A DNA stretch of 64,000 bases from contig OZ024741.1 of NCBI GenBank assembly GCA_964016885.1, positions 188,170,001 through 188,234,000 on the forward strand, written 5' to 3'. Below the pieces are notes generated by a model that did not search any database, had not been told where the DNA came from, and saw only the letters and a program-made list of their open reading frames with translations. Numbering within the stretch: the stretch's first letter is position 1; each line of letters begins with the position of its first letter. This DNA is from Eledone cirrhosa. Lineage: Eukaryota. This document shows, one piece after another, positions 47,805 through 61,489 of the stretch. Position numbers and translations under genes: made by a program.

Positions 47805-48807
47805 TTAAGACAATGGAATAGCAGAAGACACCTGTGGAATAGAAGGAGCCTAAGGAAAAGTGTAAAGAAGTGATTCAATTAGATCTTATGCCTGTGTGCC
47901 TCATAGAAAAAGTGAGGGAAAACTGTGAAAATTAGTGATATGGTGTACTGCCTAACCTAACATAACTTATCTAACCCACATGAACATAAAAAAAAAATTA
48001 AACATCTGGGTAGATAATAATGATAATTCTAATGATGATAATAATGGTGATGGTAATCATGGCAATTGTGATGATGGCAATGACAATGTTGATAATGGTA
48101 AAGAGGATAATGATGGTGATGACAAAAGATGATGATGGTGACAATGAAAGAAACTGACAATTATAGTGATGTTATTGGTGACAGAGGAGGTGGTGATGAT
48201 AACGATGATAAACATTTTACTGATTATTATGATGATGGGAATTCTTGCTGACTTTGGAAGATTGAAAAGGAAATTGTTTGACAAAAGCAGAAAAACAGTA
48301 GTTTAGGAAGTTTTTACAGGAAGCTTTTGGGGGAGTTAATTAATTTAATATAGAAACACACTGACACACATACAGACACACTGGCACATATACACACACA
48401 TCATACGCATATACTACATGCGCACACATATACATATATACACACACACATATATACAAATACAAATTCATATCACACTCATAGGTATATACATGCACAC
48501 AAAATGCTTACACATACACACACCACACACACATACATAAATATTCACATACATGCATACTCGTACAATCGGCTACATACACATACATACATTCAAACAT
48601 ACACACACAACATCGCATGTCTACACATGCAAGCAGATGCACACAAGCACACATACACATACACCTACAGCTCATGTCTACACATGTAGGTAGATGCACA
48701 GAGACAGACATACACATCATATAAGTAGATCTGGTGGCTGTGTGGGCTTGGGGCAATGCAAGGGTAGGGTGGAGGTGAGGGATAAACCAATTGAAGAATT
48801 AAGAGAG

Positions 48808-49417
48808 TGGTGAGGTGAGGTGTGGTAGTAAGGTGGTGAGGTGTGGTAGGGTGGGAGTGAAGAGGTGAGGTGTGGTAGGGTGGGAGTGAGGAGGTGAGGT
48901 GTGGTAGGGTGGGAGTAAGGTGGTGAGGTGTAGTAGGGTGGGAGTGAGGAGGTGAGGTGTGGTAGGGTGGGAGTGAGGGGGTGAGGTGTGGTAGGGTGGG
49001 AGTGAGGGGGTGAGGTGTGGTAGGGTGGGAGTGAGGAGGTGAGGTGTGGTAGGGTGGGAGTAAGGTGGTGAGGTGTGGTAGGGTGGGAGTGAGGAGGTGA
49101 GGTGTGGTAGGGTGGGAGTAAGGTGGTGAGGTGTAGTAGGGTGGGAGTGAGGAGGTGAGGTGTGGTAGGGTGGAAGTGAGGGGGTGAGGTGTGGTAGGGT
49201 GGGAGTGAGGAGGTGAGGTGTGGTAGGGTGGGAGTAAGGTGGTGAGGTGTGGTAGGGTGGGAGTGAGGAGGTGAGGTGTGGTAGGGTGGGAGTGAGGAGG
49301 TGAGGTGTGGTAGGGTGGAAGTAAGGTGGTGAGGTGTGGTAGGGTGGGAGTAAGGAGGTGAGGTGTGGTAGGGTGGGAGTGGTGAGGTGTGGTAGGGTGG
49401 GAGTGGGGAGGTGAGGT
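48808..49417 (+). repeat. G-rich 29-bp minisatellite, about 21 copies (gaggaggtgaggtgtggtagggtgggagt)
   Basis: Unit counted directly; it explains the 29-aa periodicity of ORF 48717..49433. Confidence 0.95.
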
Positions 49418-49541
49418 TGTAAATAAGAATCAATGCAGAGTTGTTTTACCTCTGCTAAGTTTTAGTTGAGTCATAGACACAAAACAGACATAACTGAACA
49501 GATTTTTTTACAGTAGGAAGAGATCAAGACGGAGTCTAGAG

Positions 49542-49542
<1 letters not shown>

Positions 49543-49590
<48 letters not shown>

Positions 49591-49797
49591 GGGAGCGAGA
49601 GTATAAAAGTGTGTATGTGTGTGCGTGTGTGTGAGAGAGAGCGAGTATATAAGTGTGTGTGTGTGTGTGTGAGAGAGAGAGTATGTATGAGCGAGTGTGT
49701 ATGTGCATGTGAAAGAGAGAATATATATGTGTGTGTTTGAGAGAGAGAATATATATGTATGTGTGTGTGTGAGAGAGCGAAAGTATATGTGTGTGCA

Positions 49798-49829
<32 letters not shown>

Positions 49830-49846
49830 CGAAAGTATATAAGTGT

Positions 49847-49882
<36 letters not shown>

Positions 49883-49912
49883 ATGTGAGAGCAAGAGTAT
49901 ATAAGTGTGCGT

Positions 49913-49954
<42 letters not shown>

Positions 49955-50003
49955 GTGTGCATGTGAGAGCAAGAGTAGATAAGTGTGTGTGTGTGTGTGT
50001 GTG
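49543..50003. repeat. Compound (GT)n/(GA)n higher-order repeat
   Basis: Recurrent gagagc(g/a)(a)agtatataag units between GT tracts. Confidence 0.9.
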
Positions 50004-50278
50004 AAAGTTCAGGGTGGTGACAGTGGGGGTAGTATTGAGTGAGTCATCATCACAACAACCCTAAACAATACAGACCATGTACTAAAGTCAATTAGGAGGG
50101 AGGAGGAGGGAGAAGAGGGTGAAGCTATCTATCTGATGTGACCCCCCCCCTATCTTTAGTAAGTTCCCTTATAAACTAAGTCTACACTAACAACACCACC
50201 AACACCACCACACTGTGATTCATGATTTGGTTGGGGGTGGGTGGCTGGAAGAATGGGCTTGATCTAATAAACACACAC

Positions 50279-51105
<827 letters not shown>

Positions 51106-51989
51106 ATGAATGATGATATTCGGAAGTGTAAATTGTTAGAATTATAAGCTAATTAAGTTTCATGGTGAGTTAAATATCTTCCACCAGGATAATATAGATT
51201 TGTAAATACAAAGTGAGAGAGAGAGGGGGGGGAGGGGAGGGGGCAGAGAATGTGTGTGTGTGTGTGTGTGAGTGGGGAGGGGGTGAGAGAGAGGGAGAGA
51301 ACGTGGGTGTGTATGTGTGTGTCAGAAAGAGGAGACAATACACAGGTATTATTCATAAAGTAAAAATTCTATGTGACTGAACAACACATGTCAGAGTTCA
51401 AATTCAACAAATGATAGTAGTGGGGAGTAGTGGTGGGCTGGGTGCTGGTGGTAGTAATGGTAGCATTGTGATGATGGCAGCGGTGGTCAGGGCGGAGTGA
51501 CTTTTCCCCTCTTACTTTCCTCCTACAACTGATATCGATTGATAACAACATTAGGTAACATAACCCCCCCCCCCCCCCCCCCCCCCCATTGTTCAGAATT
51601 ATTTAAGAATCAGATTGAATGGTTCTGACCACACCCTGCTGCTCACCACCGCCATCTCCGAATACCATCAAACAAATCAATAACCAAGCTTCAATAAAAC
51701 AAACTCACCTATAACAGCAGCAACAACAACGACGATGATGATGATGATAACTGATGTTATTAAATAATGGTAATAAAATAATATTGATCATCAGCAAAAT
51801 TGAGAAATCAGAGTCAATAACTGAAATACATTACCACAAAGTGAAAGAGATAAATTTAATACAAATAACTCTTGAAAGATCAATAATCATTTCAATATGT
51901 GAGGACATAGACATATACATATAGACACACACATAGTCACACACCTACACACACATAGATAAACACATTCAGACACACCTATGTGTTTG

Positions 51990-52245
51990 CTGTTGGACGA
52001 TACAAGTAGGTGAGCTTTCCACAGACATGTGTATTCTAAATGCAATTCTGAGGGAGATCCAACAGAATACAAAGTTTGAGATGGCTGATCCATAGAATCA
52101 CAGGTACAACTCGTTTTTGCCAGCTGACTGGACTGGTGTGATGTGAAATAAAGTATCTCCCTCAAGGAGGACACAATGTGCTGCCAGGAATCAAACTCAT
52201 GACCACACAATTGTAAGCTGAACACCCTAACCACTAAGCTTTCAC
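51990..52245 (-). mobile_element. SINE family 2, CpG-decayed copy
   Basis: Reverse-complement similarity to 10444-10740. Confidence 0.65.
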
Positions 52246-52269
52246 AGAAACACACAGGCCCAGAAACAT

Positions 52270-52720
52270 ACTGAACCCTACATGGTTATTCAACCTGCTA
52301 GAAATAGCAACCAAATCCCCCTTAATTTACACCTTACTGTCTTAGAAAAGTGGGAAAATACATAGGATAATGTAGATGTATCATACATTGTGTCTAAATA
52401 AAAGACAGAATGGTGACGCTGGTATATCTTTTAACATAGGTGTGGTAGGAAAAGTCTGACCTGAATTAAACAACAACAATAACAAGGAAGAAGACAATTA
52501 GATAATGTAATCCTAGATACACTATGCCTGAATAAAATACTAGATGGTTACAATTGTAACACCTTTGATCATAGTTATGTTTGATCAGGGCTGACCTGGG
52601 ACTGAACAATAAGGCAGGACACATTAGATAGTATGTAGTTCTAGGCCTGAATAAAAGGCAGGATGGTCATCTTTAATTATAGGTCCACTGAATGAGGGCT
52701 GTCCTGGGACTACAATAACA
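52270..52720 (+). repeat. Interspersed repeat with its 3' ~110-bp part in three tandem copies
   Basis: Recurrent attagataatgta...tgaataaaa...gatggt...ctttgatcata...gggctgacctggg...aacaac. Relative at 41720-41920. Confidence 0.6.
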
Positions 52721-53339
52721 ACAATACAATTTTCTGTAGGCTGTAGTTTACACTGTACCCAATGTACAAGAAGTGTTACAGGATAGCAGGTAGGCTAACA
52801 GAGAAGGTAGACTTTGAAGCAAATGCACAGGAGTAGTCAGTAATACATCAGCACTTTAAACTCCATCACACTTATCATACACCCATGACACCACACAATA
52901 TCCTTCCTTCACTCATGGCAATATCACTTTCCTTACCTACCACCATCCTATTTTTTCCCCAAACACAGTTCAAATGAGCACAGTCATCAGCCCTCTCCCA
53001 TAGAGTAAAGAGGGCTCTTTGGTTGAGTCAATAACAATAACCTTCATAGTGTTGGTACCATGATAAAACACACACACAGTACACTTTGTATAGTGGTTGG
53101 TGTTAGAAATGGCTTCCAGCTATAGAAACCATGCCTAAAACGGCTGTAATGACCCTTCGGTTAAGCTGATTCCGTGAAAAATGCACCCCATTTTCACTGT
53201 ATAGTGGTTGTTAATAAGAAAGGCAGCTGTAGAAACCATGCCAAAAAGAGAGGACTCTTCAATCGTGTCAAACTCATGACAAACTCCCTAGTGTTGGTGC
53301 CATGATGAACTGCACCAGTACACTCTGTAGAGTTTGAGA

Positions 53340-55190
53340 ATATAAGATTCACCTCGAATACCACATCATGCAATACATCATAAAAAAGGTTGAGATTAAA
53401 TCTGGATTGGCAGAGTATTGGTAAATCCAGACCAGTTTAAAGCTTTTGACAGGATTAACCATTACTACCTGGAGCAGTCAGTTTCAGTCCTGTTTTCAAA
53501 GGCTGGATTGCCACATTAAACTGACATTTGTTTAGTTGTTAAACTAAATGGCCACCTTTCGGAAATCTTCAGCATTGAATGCTCAGTCCATCAGGGATGT
53601 CTTTTTTTCCTCTCTCCTCTTTGTGTTGGCTATAGAGCCATTACTAAGAAAGATGGAAACTCTGAAAGGAGAGCTGTGAGTGGTTATGCTAATGATGTCA
53701 CCATCATGGTTTCATACACATCAGATGTGGAGGCAGTAGGGCACCATACTGGAAGAATACCAGCAGGTGATAGGGGGAATACATAAATCAGGATAAGCTA
53801 GTGGTTTTGCAACTCAGTTTGTGAAAATGTCAGTCTATGTCCCTCAGAAGCAAGTCTATGTCACCCAGTTAAGGTGCTTGGAACCTGGTTTAGATCAGAT
53901 CTTGAGGTGGAGAAGAATTAGGAAGACATTATGCTCAGGGTGGCCAGACTCATTCAGAAACAGGCTGAGAGAAATCTGCCCTCGAAAGATCGAGCTGAAG
54001 TAGTGTGCTACTACCTAGCCATCATGTCTTGTCTCAAGAAACATCTGGCCAGTTTGGAATGCATTTTCTTTAATTTATCATAAAAGGGACAAATTCCATT
54101 GGTCAAGAAATCCATCTGTTGCCAACACCAACTCTGTGGAGGTCTTGGAATGCCATCACTAAGACAGCCACATCTGCAGAAATACTTTAACTCTCACAAT
54201 GATGACAGAAATAATGCATGAGTGTGGGCACTTTTCATTAGACACATTTTTCTACAGCTCTTCACCTTAAAAAGCTACAGTCCTGGGATAAGCAAAGACC
54301 AAAGATGAGCATCTGGCATCTAGATTTCTGTCAGGCACTCACAACATTCCACCAACTAGACAAAAAAAAATCAGTGGCCCGAAAACAAGACTTATTTTCT
54401 GTAGAGGGTTAATAGAGGGAATGAGTGACAATGGTCTAGGAACCACTCTGGTCATTGACAAGGACAGTCTAAGCAGACTCTTTTGAAAGACGTTCAGATC
54501 AGGAACCATGGACAATTTCCCAAAGTCCTTAGCTTGGCATTCTACAGGGGAGGATTACCTGTTTGAGAGAAGCTATACAGACACAGAAGCACCTGTCCAA
54601 GATATGTGAAGAATGAGGAAACAATACTACACATTGTCATTCAGTGTCCATGAATTACACATTTGTAGGTTTGTGTCAAACAGCTGTTTGAAAATTGAAC
54701 CACCATCTTCCTTTGACAAGGAAAGGTGATAAGTTTTCCTGTGTATAGTGGCTATGATAAATGAAGTTGTGTGGTGGACACAAGTGAAAGGTTTTAAAGA
54801 CTGGGACTTTCCTACCTAGCCAAGCACTCAATAATTTCTACAAGTAGTACTTATCGCATGAAAGGTGGGTGAGAAATAGACAAGGCTGAATGGGCATACG
54901 CTGACTATAATTTTCTTAGATAGGAGGAAATGAAACTGGGAGAGGACATTTTCATTGCCTTTGGTGATACAGAGTAATCTGGGACTTTGTGGGTGGGTCA
55001 CCCCAAATTATCCTCACCATTCTTCACTCATATTGGAGAAGTTTTTCTGTTGGAAATTTGTTACATTTGATATTTTTGTTGATTTTGACCCTTTTTACTC
55101 AATGTAAACTGTATTTTTTTTTTTTTTTGTAATTCACCCTTGCATTGTTCCCAACATCTTGGTCCCTTGTTACCAATAAAAGAAATTATT
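53340..55190 (+). mobile_element. Decayed L1/Tx1 ORF2 plus 3' UTR
   Basis: QGC/LFPLLF and YANDVT motifs, a C-terminal region similar to 38850-39100, and an aataaa tail into (att)n. Confidence 0.8.
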
Positions 55191-55194
55191 ATTA

Positions 55195-55415
55195 TTGGTT
55201 TGGCAGCATCGACAGAGCATCAAACAAAATGCTTTGTGATATTTAGTAACAACTTTCTATGTTCTGAGTTCAAATCCTCCCAAACTTAACTTTGCCTTTC
55301 ATCTTTCCAAAGTTGATTAAATAAAGTGCTAGTTAAGTACTGCAATTGATTTAATCAACTTCTCCATTCCTCTGAAATTGCTGGCCTTGCGCCTGTGTTA
55401 GACACAATTATTGAT
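55195..55415 (+). mobile_element. Family-1 SINE, plus orientation
   Basis: ttggcagcatcg...ctgagttcaaatcc...ctttgcctttcatc...gctggccttgcgcct. Confidence 0.75.
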
Positions 55416-55870
55416 ATTATTATCATTACTATTGATAATAAGTTTCAGACTTTAGCTGCTGATTATGAAAAAAAAAATCATTACTCATAAATAAAGAATG
55501 GAATAGGAAAGGCTGAACCCCTCTGCTACCCTCATTTATTTACACTCACCACACTGAATACCCCCCCCCCCCCACACACACACACACCCACCACTACCAC
55601 TACCACCACCAACACCACCCCATTCCCACCCTGCAAAGGTAAGTAAAAACTAACAACAATGTTTCAATATTTGACTAACAGAAATGCTTTTATTTCTGAA
55701 CAAAGCCATGTGAGAAAGTGGAGAGAGAGGGAGAAACAACTGATAGAGAATATAGCCAAGTACTTCTCCTTCGCCTGACTGTCATCGCCTTAGTGTCATC
55801 TTTCACACACAGATTCATTGATTACAGTAAGCCAAGACAGAGAGAGAGAGGGCGACCGAGAGAGAGGGAG

Positions 55871-55925
<55 letters not shown>

Positions 55926-56274
55926 ACAATACCAAGACAGCAAGTGAAAGAAAGAGACAATAATGTTACTCAGAGAAAAAAATGTGCACTTAATCTGAGA
56001 AACACACAAACAAAATAAATCCAAGGACATTTTACAGTGACAGACAAGAGCTAGAAGGAGTGAGTAAGTATAGGAGTGTGTCTACTTATATATATATATA
56101 TATATCTGTGTGTGTGTGTGTGTTTGTGTGTGCATGTGTATCTATACATACATATACACACACACATACCATAAATATCACAATCACATCACAACATTCC
56201 AGTCTAATAAGAGCCAGATCATCTAAAAGTCAATGAATATCAATTTGGTAATTATATATATATGTATATATATA

Positions 56275-56334
<60 letters not shown>

Positions 56335-56382
56335 CAGACACACACACATATACATATATATATACATACATAATAGACACAG

Positions 56383-56465
<83 letters not shown>

Positions 56466-56525
56466 TATATACATATATTTATGTATACTCATACACATAT
56501 AAATACTCAGATATATATACATACA

Positions 56526-57872
56526 CAGGTATGTTCAATAAGTAATGAGATAATTTCAGGAGAGGCATTAAATATCATTCAATTAGAATTTTACTTCATG
56601 GTGAAGTAGACTTACATATAATGTATAAAGTGACTAACTGGCAACTTCCTATCTGCCTAGGTTGGAGCTCAATGGTGTATGTGGTGGAACCAGTGTGATC
56701 AGATTCACCAATTTGTCAACAGATGGCATAATGCAGGGAAACATGGAGCAATGTTATGCTTCCAAATGTTGTCTTAAACTGAAGAAAACCAAAGAAGAAG
56801 CCTATGGACTGTTAGAGGAGGTCTATGGAGGTGAATTGAGGAGCTAAGCAAATTTCTACAGATGGTTTAAACAATTTTCCAAAGGAAATGAACAGGTGGA
56901 AGATGAATGCAGATCTGGAGCACCAAACACTGCATGAAAGGAGGAAAACATTGAAGAAGTGTAAAGGTTAGTGATGCAAGACAGCCGAGCTACTGTGAGG
57001 ATGATTTTAGTATTAGCACAGTGGAGACAATCTGACCAAAGATCTGGAACTCCACAAAGTCTGTGCCAAATTCATGTCAAAGATCCTCTTCTATGACCAG
57101 AGGCAGTTTCGTATGGAATGTTGCACTATCATTCTCAAAATGATAGAGGCTGATTTTGGTTTCCTGAATAAAGTAGTGACTTGTGACAAGAGTTGGGTAT
57201 TCACCTATGACTCTGAGAGCAAATGTCAGAATGCTCGATGGAAGCACATGTCCTTCCCTAGGCCTAAGAAGGCAATGAAGAGCAAGTCATATGGTCAATC
57301 CTTTCTTCGACTTCCAGGGACTAATTCACATTGAATGGGTTCCTCAGGGCCAAACCATCATAAAGGAGTTTTATTTTGAAGTTCTGAAAAGTTTCAGGGA
57401 GTGGATGAGGAAGATGAGGCCCCAGTAGTGGAGCAGTAGAGATTGGTGTTTTCACCAGGACAATGCCCTATGCTACAAGTAGTGACCACCAGGATGACCA
57501 ACAGGGAAATGAAAGTGGTACAAAAGCCACCCAACCTCGCTCCTTGTGACTTCTTGCTGTTCCCATGCATAGTCAACAAAAGAGCTGAAGAAAGTATTGG
57601 CGAATTTCCTGATGTGGCTGAAGAAGAAAGACTGGGAGGAGGTCTTCCAGGAGTGGGGAAGAGGCCTGTGCAATTGTATAGATGGGAGAGGTCATTGTAA
57701 GCTTATAAAAATAAATAATTGTTTCTACTTTAGGTACAAGGCCAGCAATTACCCACTGCCTTACTGGTACTTTATTTTATCGACCCCCGTAAGGATGAAA
57801 GGCAAAGTCAACCTCTATAGAAATAAATAATGTCCCCTTGAAATTTTCTCATTACTTATTGAACATACCTCA
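56526..57872 (+). mobile_element. Near full-length decayed mariner transposon with both TIRs, interrupted by a SINE at ~57719-57815
   Basis: TIR aggtatgttcaataagtaatgaga at left and its reverse complement at 57847-57870. Peptides FYRWFKQF...EDECRSGAP, VVTCDKSWVFTYD, HQDNA and NLAPCDFLLFP. Confidence 0.9.
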
Positions 57873-57996
57873 TGGGTATATCTATCTATCTATTTTACAT
57901 GTTTTTTTATTGTATGTAAACTTCCCCCTTTGTATTTGTCCCCTTCTTTTGTGCCCCTGTGGCTAATAAAAAAACATATCTATCTCTCTATATATA

Positions 57997-58039
<43 letters not shown>

Positions 58040-58043
<4 letters not shown>

Positions 58044-58936
58044 TCATCATCATCATCATCGTTTAACGTCCATATTCCACGCTTGCATGGGTTTGGATGG
58101 GAGTTTTCCCACTTGAGGCAAGAGTGGTTGTCTCGCTCATATAGGACTGTATCTGGCAGGTTTTCTACGGCTGGATGCCCTTCCTAACACCAACCACGTT
58201 TACAGTGTGGACTGGGAGGTTTTTACCGTGTTACCTACACGCCCACATTACAGCGTGGACTGTGTGTTTTTTTTGTTGTGACACCTACACGACCTCATTT
58301 GTTTCGGCCTGGATGTTGTGGTACCAACATAACTTTACATTGAAAGGGGCGGTGTGGATGGGGTGGGGGTAGTGGGACGGGGGTGTATTTTGTTAGCGGT
58401 GCCTACTGACTGTAGTAGGTTTTACTTTGTATTTAGGTAAGGCGGGTCTTCTCTATTACTATGTAGCACCAAAGATCTCGGTCCAGTTACATTGTCTTGG
58501 AGAGGTGTAAGTGTGCGAGGTCGGAATTTATCAAGTCGTCCCAGGTTTTTCTGGGTCTGCCTACTCCGTGGCTACCGTCTATTTTTATTGCCCTGCACTT
58601 TTTTATACAGCTGTCGTCTTTCATGCGCATCACGTGACCATACCAACGTAGCCTTCTCTCGAGTAAACAACATCTGATCCCTCTTATTTCTAATTTTTCC
58701 CGTTCACGTATATTACTATTACACATCCAGCGGAGCATGCAAGCTTCGTTCCTCTCTAGTCTGCGTATATCCTCTGCACACAATGCCCATGTCTCACTGC
58801 CATCCAACATTGCTGTTTGTATGCAGGCATCATACAGCCTGCCTTTCATTTTTAGGGAGAACCCTTTAGCGGCTAATAGTGGTATAAGCTCTCTGAACTT
58901 TTTCCATCCAGTTCTGACTCTAGCTACTGTACTTTC
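58040..58936 (-). mobile_element. RTE LINE 3' portion
   Basis: ARVRTGWKKFRELIPLL...KGRLYDAC...GSETW...RRLRWYGHVMRM...GRPRKTW, then 3' UTR and (GAT)n tail. Confidence 0.9.
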
Positions 58937-59776
58937 AGAGCTATATGTGTATATATGTATATATATATATAATTTATTTATGTTCATACATAGAACAAAA
59001 GAGCTACTTAAAGTTTCAAGGACCAATATTGACCATAACTCCAGATTGTAAGAGGGATCAAATTGTGACCTAATTTTCAGGCTCTATGATGAGTTTATAA
59101 GATACCATGCTCAGACGCTAGTTTTTAAGATATCATGCTAAAACGTGAGTTTATGAAAAACGTATTATAACAAATGGAAATAACTCCAAGATGTAAATTT
59201 AAAATTTAAAATTTAAAGTCGTTTCTGTCTTAGTGAGAAATTTGGAATATTATAGGATTTGTCGTCTTCAAACAATAATTATTTGAACTCAAAGAACAAA
59301 ATTTTTAGAGGAAACCTCCATCTCCAAAGCCAACTGCTTGCTAAGTGGAAATACTCAACAAATTCAACTGAGTCTCAAGCACCTTATTTGATTTATATAC
59401 TTTCTTGATATGTTTTCTTTCTCTTTCTTTTTCAAAAATTACATGATACACCTTCTATACTACTCTACTCCATACCTTAATAAATATTACCATCTCTATA
59501 TTACATACCACCACATAATACCATACATCTGCTGAAGCGCATGAATAGTGGCACATGTACAACTTTGCTATTTCAAATTTACATCTTGGAGTTATTTCCC
59601 TACGTTTTACATAAACTAGCATTTTAGCATGTTATGCTTTTAATGGCATCTTAAAAACTTGTTTAAGCCTCTGAAGATTAGCTCACAATTTTGATCCCTC
59701 TTACAATTTGCTGATATGGTCAATATTGAGCTTTTGTTCCATGTAAGAACATAAATGAATAATATATATCAGCTCT
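58937..59776. mobile_element. Non-autonomous fold-back element with ~200-260-bp terminal inverted arms, inserted into the RTE copy
   Basis: 58970-59205 pairs with 59570-59765 (e.g. ggaaataactccaagatgtaaattt / aaatttacatcttggagttatttcc). AGCT at both junctions. Confidence 0.8.
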
Positions 59777-60233
59777 CTTCTTGATTAAGCAGTTTTCCTT
59801 TTTCATTTTTCACACCTACATTTTCTACATATATATATATATATATGTATGGTATATATATATATATATATATACACGTATATACATAAAAATACATTTA
59901 TATATACACATATACCATACCTTGCTCAAGCTAAAATACAGTCCTATTTGAGCAAGGTATGATGCAGTTAATTGGCCACACTTGTCTCATAATGTGGATG
60001 ACCCATCTAACCCATGCAAGTGTAGACAGCGTGCATGTGTGTCTGTCTGTGATACACGTCGTCCGTCTTCCAAGTTAGTTTTAGTTATTGACGACTTGTG
60101 TGTGTGTCTGTCTGTGATACACGCCGCCCATCCATCGTCCGTCAAATGGTGATAATGATGATACATATATATATATATACACATACATTAATTCAAAATA
60201 TTAATAAATGTAGACATTTACGTAATCAAAATA

Positions 60234-60299
60234 TATTTTATTATATATATTTCGGAGGTACTGTGCTGTTTTTTCAGTAGATCCTCATCAGATAAAATA
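60234..60299 (-). ncRNA. Type I hammerhead ribozyme motif (inverted copy, same strand as FBXO11)
   Basis: Minus strand reads tattttat-CTGATGA-ggatctactg aaaaaacagca cagtacctcc-GAAA-tatata-TA-ataaaata. Confidence 0.78.
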
Positions 60300-60406
60300 C
60301 ATAAATTGATGTATGACATACCTCAACTGCGCTGATGGTTCAATTCCAACTTGGCAGTCTGCCAAGACTGGAATTGAACCATCAGCATGCCATACATGAA
60401 TTTATG

Positions 60407-60472
60407 TATTTTATCTGATGAGGACGTACTGAAAAAACAGCATAGTACCTCCGAAATATATATAATAAAATA
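60407..60472 (+). ncRNA. Type I hammerhead ribozyme motif with intact core
   Basis: tattttat-CTGATGA-gga c gtact(loop)agtac c tcc-GAAA-tatata-TA-ataaaata. 8-bp stem I, G-C-closed stem II, short palindromic stem III, AUA cleavage triplet. Confidence 0.8.
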
Positions 60473-60661
60473 TATTTTGATTACGTAAATGTCTACATCA
60501 TCATCATCATCATCATTTTACGTCCGTTCTTCCCTGCTTGTAATATTTATTAATATTTTGAATTAATATTAATAACTCCAGAAAACTTTCTGTTGAGTGC
60601 TTCTAATCTATTGTAAAACTATATTCATTGATTAATCAATGAACCTTGTTTAACTTTTGGT

Positions 60662-60692
<31 letters not shown>

Positions 60693-61489
60693 GCATGTCT
60701 ATGTGTGTGTATAGGTATATTATCACCATCCTAAAAAATAAACGGATATAAAAATGATGATGATGATACATACACACGTACATATACATATATGCACACA
60801 TCAAAATGTATGTGCTTACGCATGAATGTGTACATACAAGTGTGTGTGCATTTGTGTATGTGGGTTGGTGTGGGGTGTATGTGATGAATATTTCATTACT
60901 CTCAAAAAAAGAATGAAGATGAAAGGAATGAGGAAGAAGGACTGAGCTCTCAGGTATCAGGAAGGGTATCCAGTTGAAGACACCATGCAGAATATAGAAT
61001 ATACAAGTAAGACATGCTCCTCCAACCTGTCTAGGAGTGCATTAACCCTGAATAAGAACTGACTCAGGCTTTAATAACCTGTTCAACTTGCCAATATGAA
61101 AAGCTATACAAAAGGATAATGATATATATAGGAGAGTTGTCACTCTGAATAAAAGCTGATACAGAATAGAGAAGACTCTGATGTCCAGTTAGACAACTTC
61201 TTTAGTTCTGGTGGCACAAATAATGCACCCAGTTTATGCTGTAAAGTGGTTGGTGATAAGAAGGATATCCAGCCAGAAAAAATTGCCCAAAATGTGACCA
61301 AATACAACATATAATATTAAAGATAATTGAGTACACAGGGCTAACACTAAACATATTAGCGCTGCACACGGCAGTGGGAGAGTTAACATAGCCATGTGCA
61401 AGAACCCTTCTACTGTCGTCAAACAACCACACATTCAGTTTCCATTTCAGATAGAGAGAACTACCAAAACAACACTGTAACCTGACACA

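Noticed and set aside
48717-49433. 238-aa Pro/Thr/His-rich extensin-like ORF
   Set aside because: Simply the 29-bp minisatellite read through its three frames.
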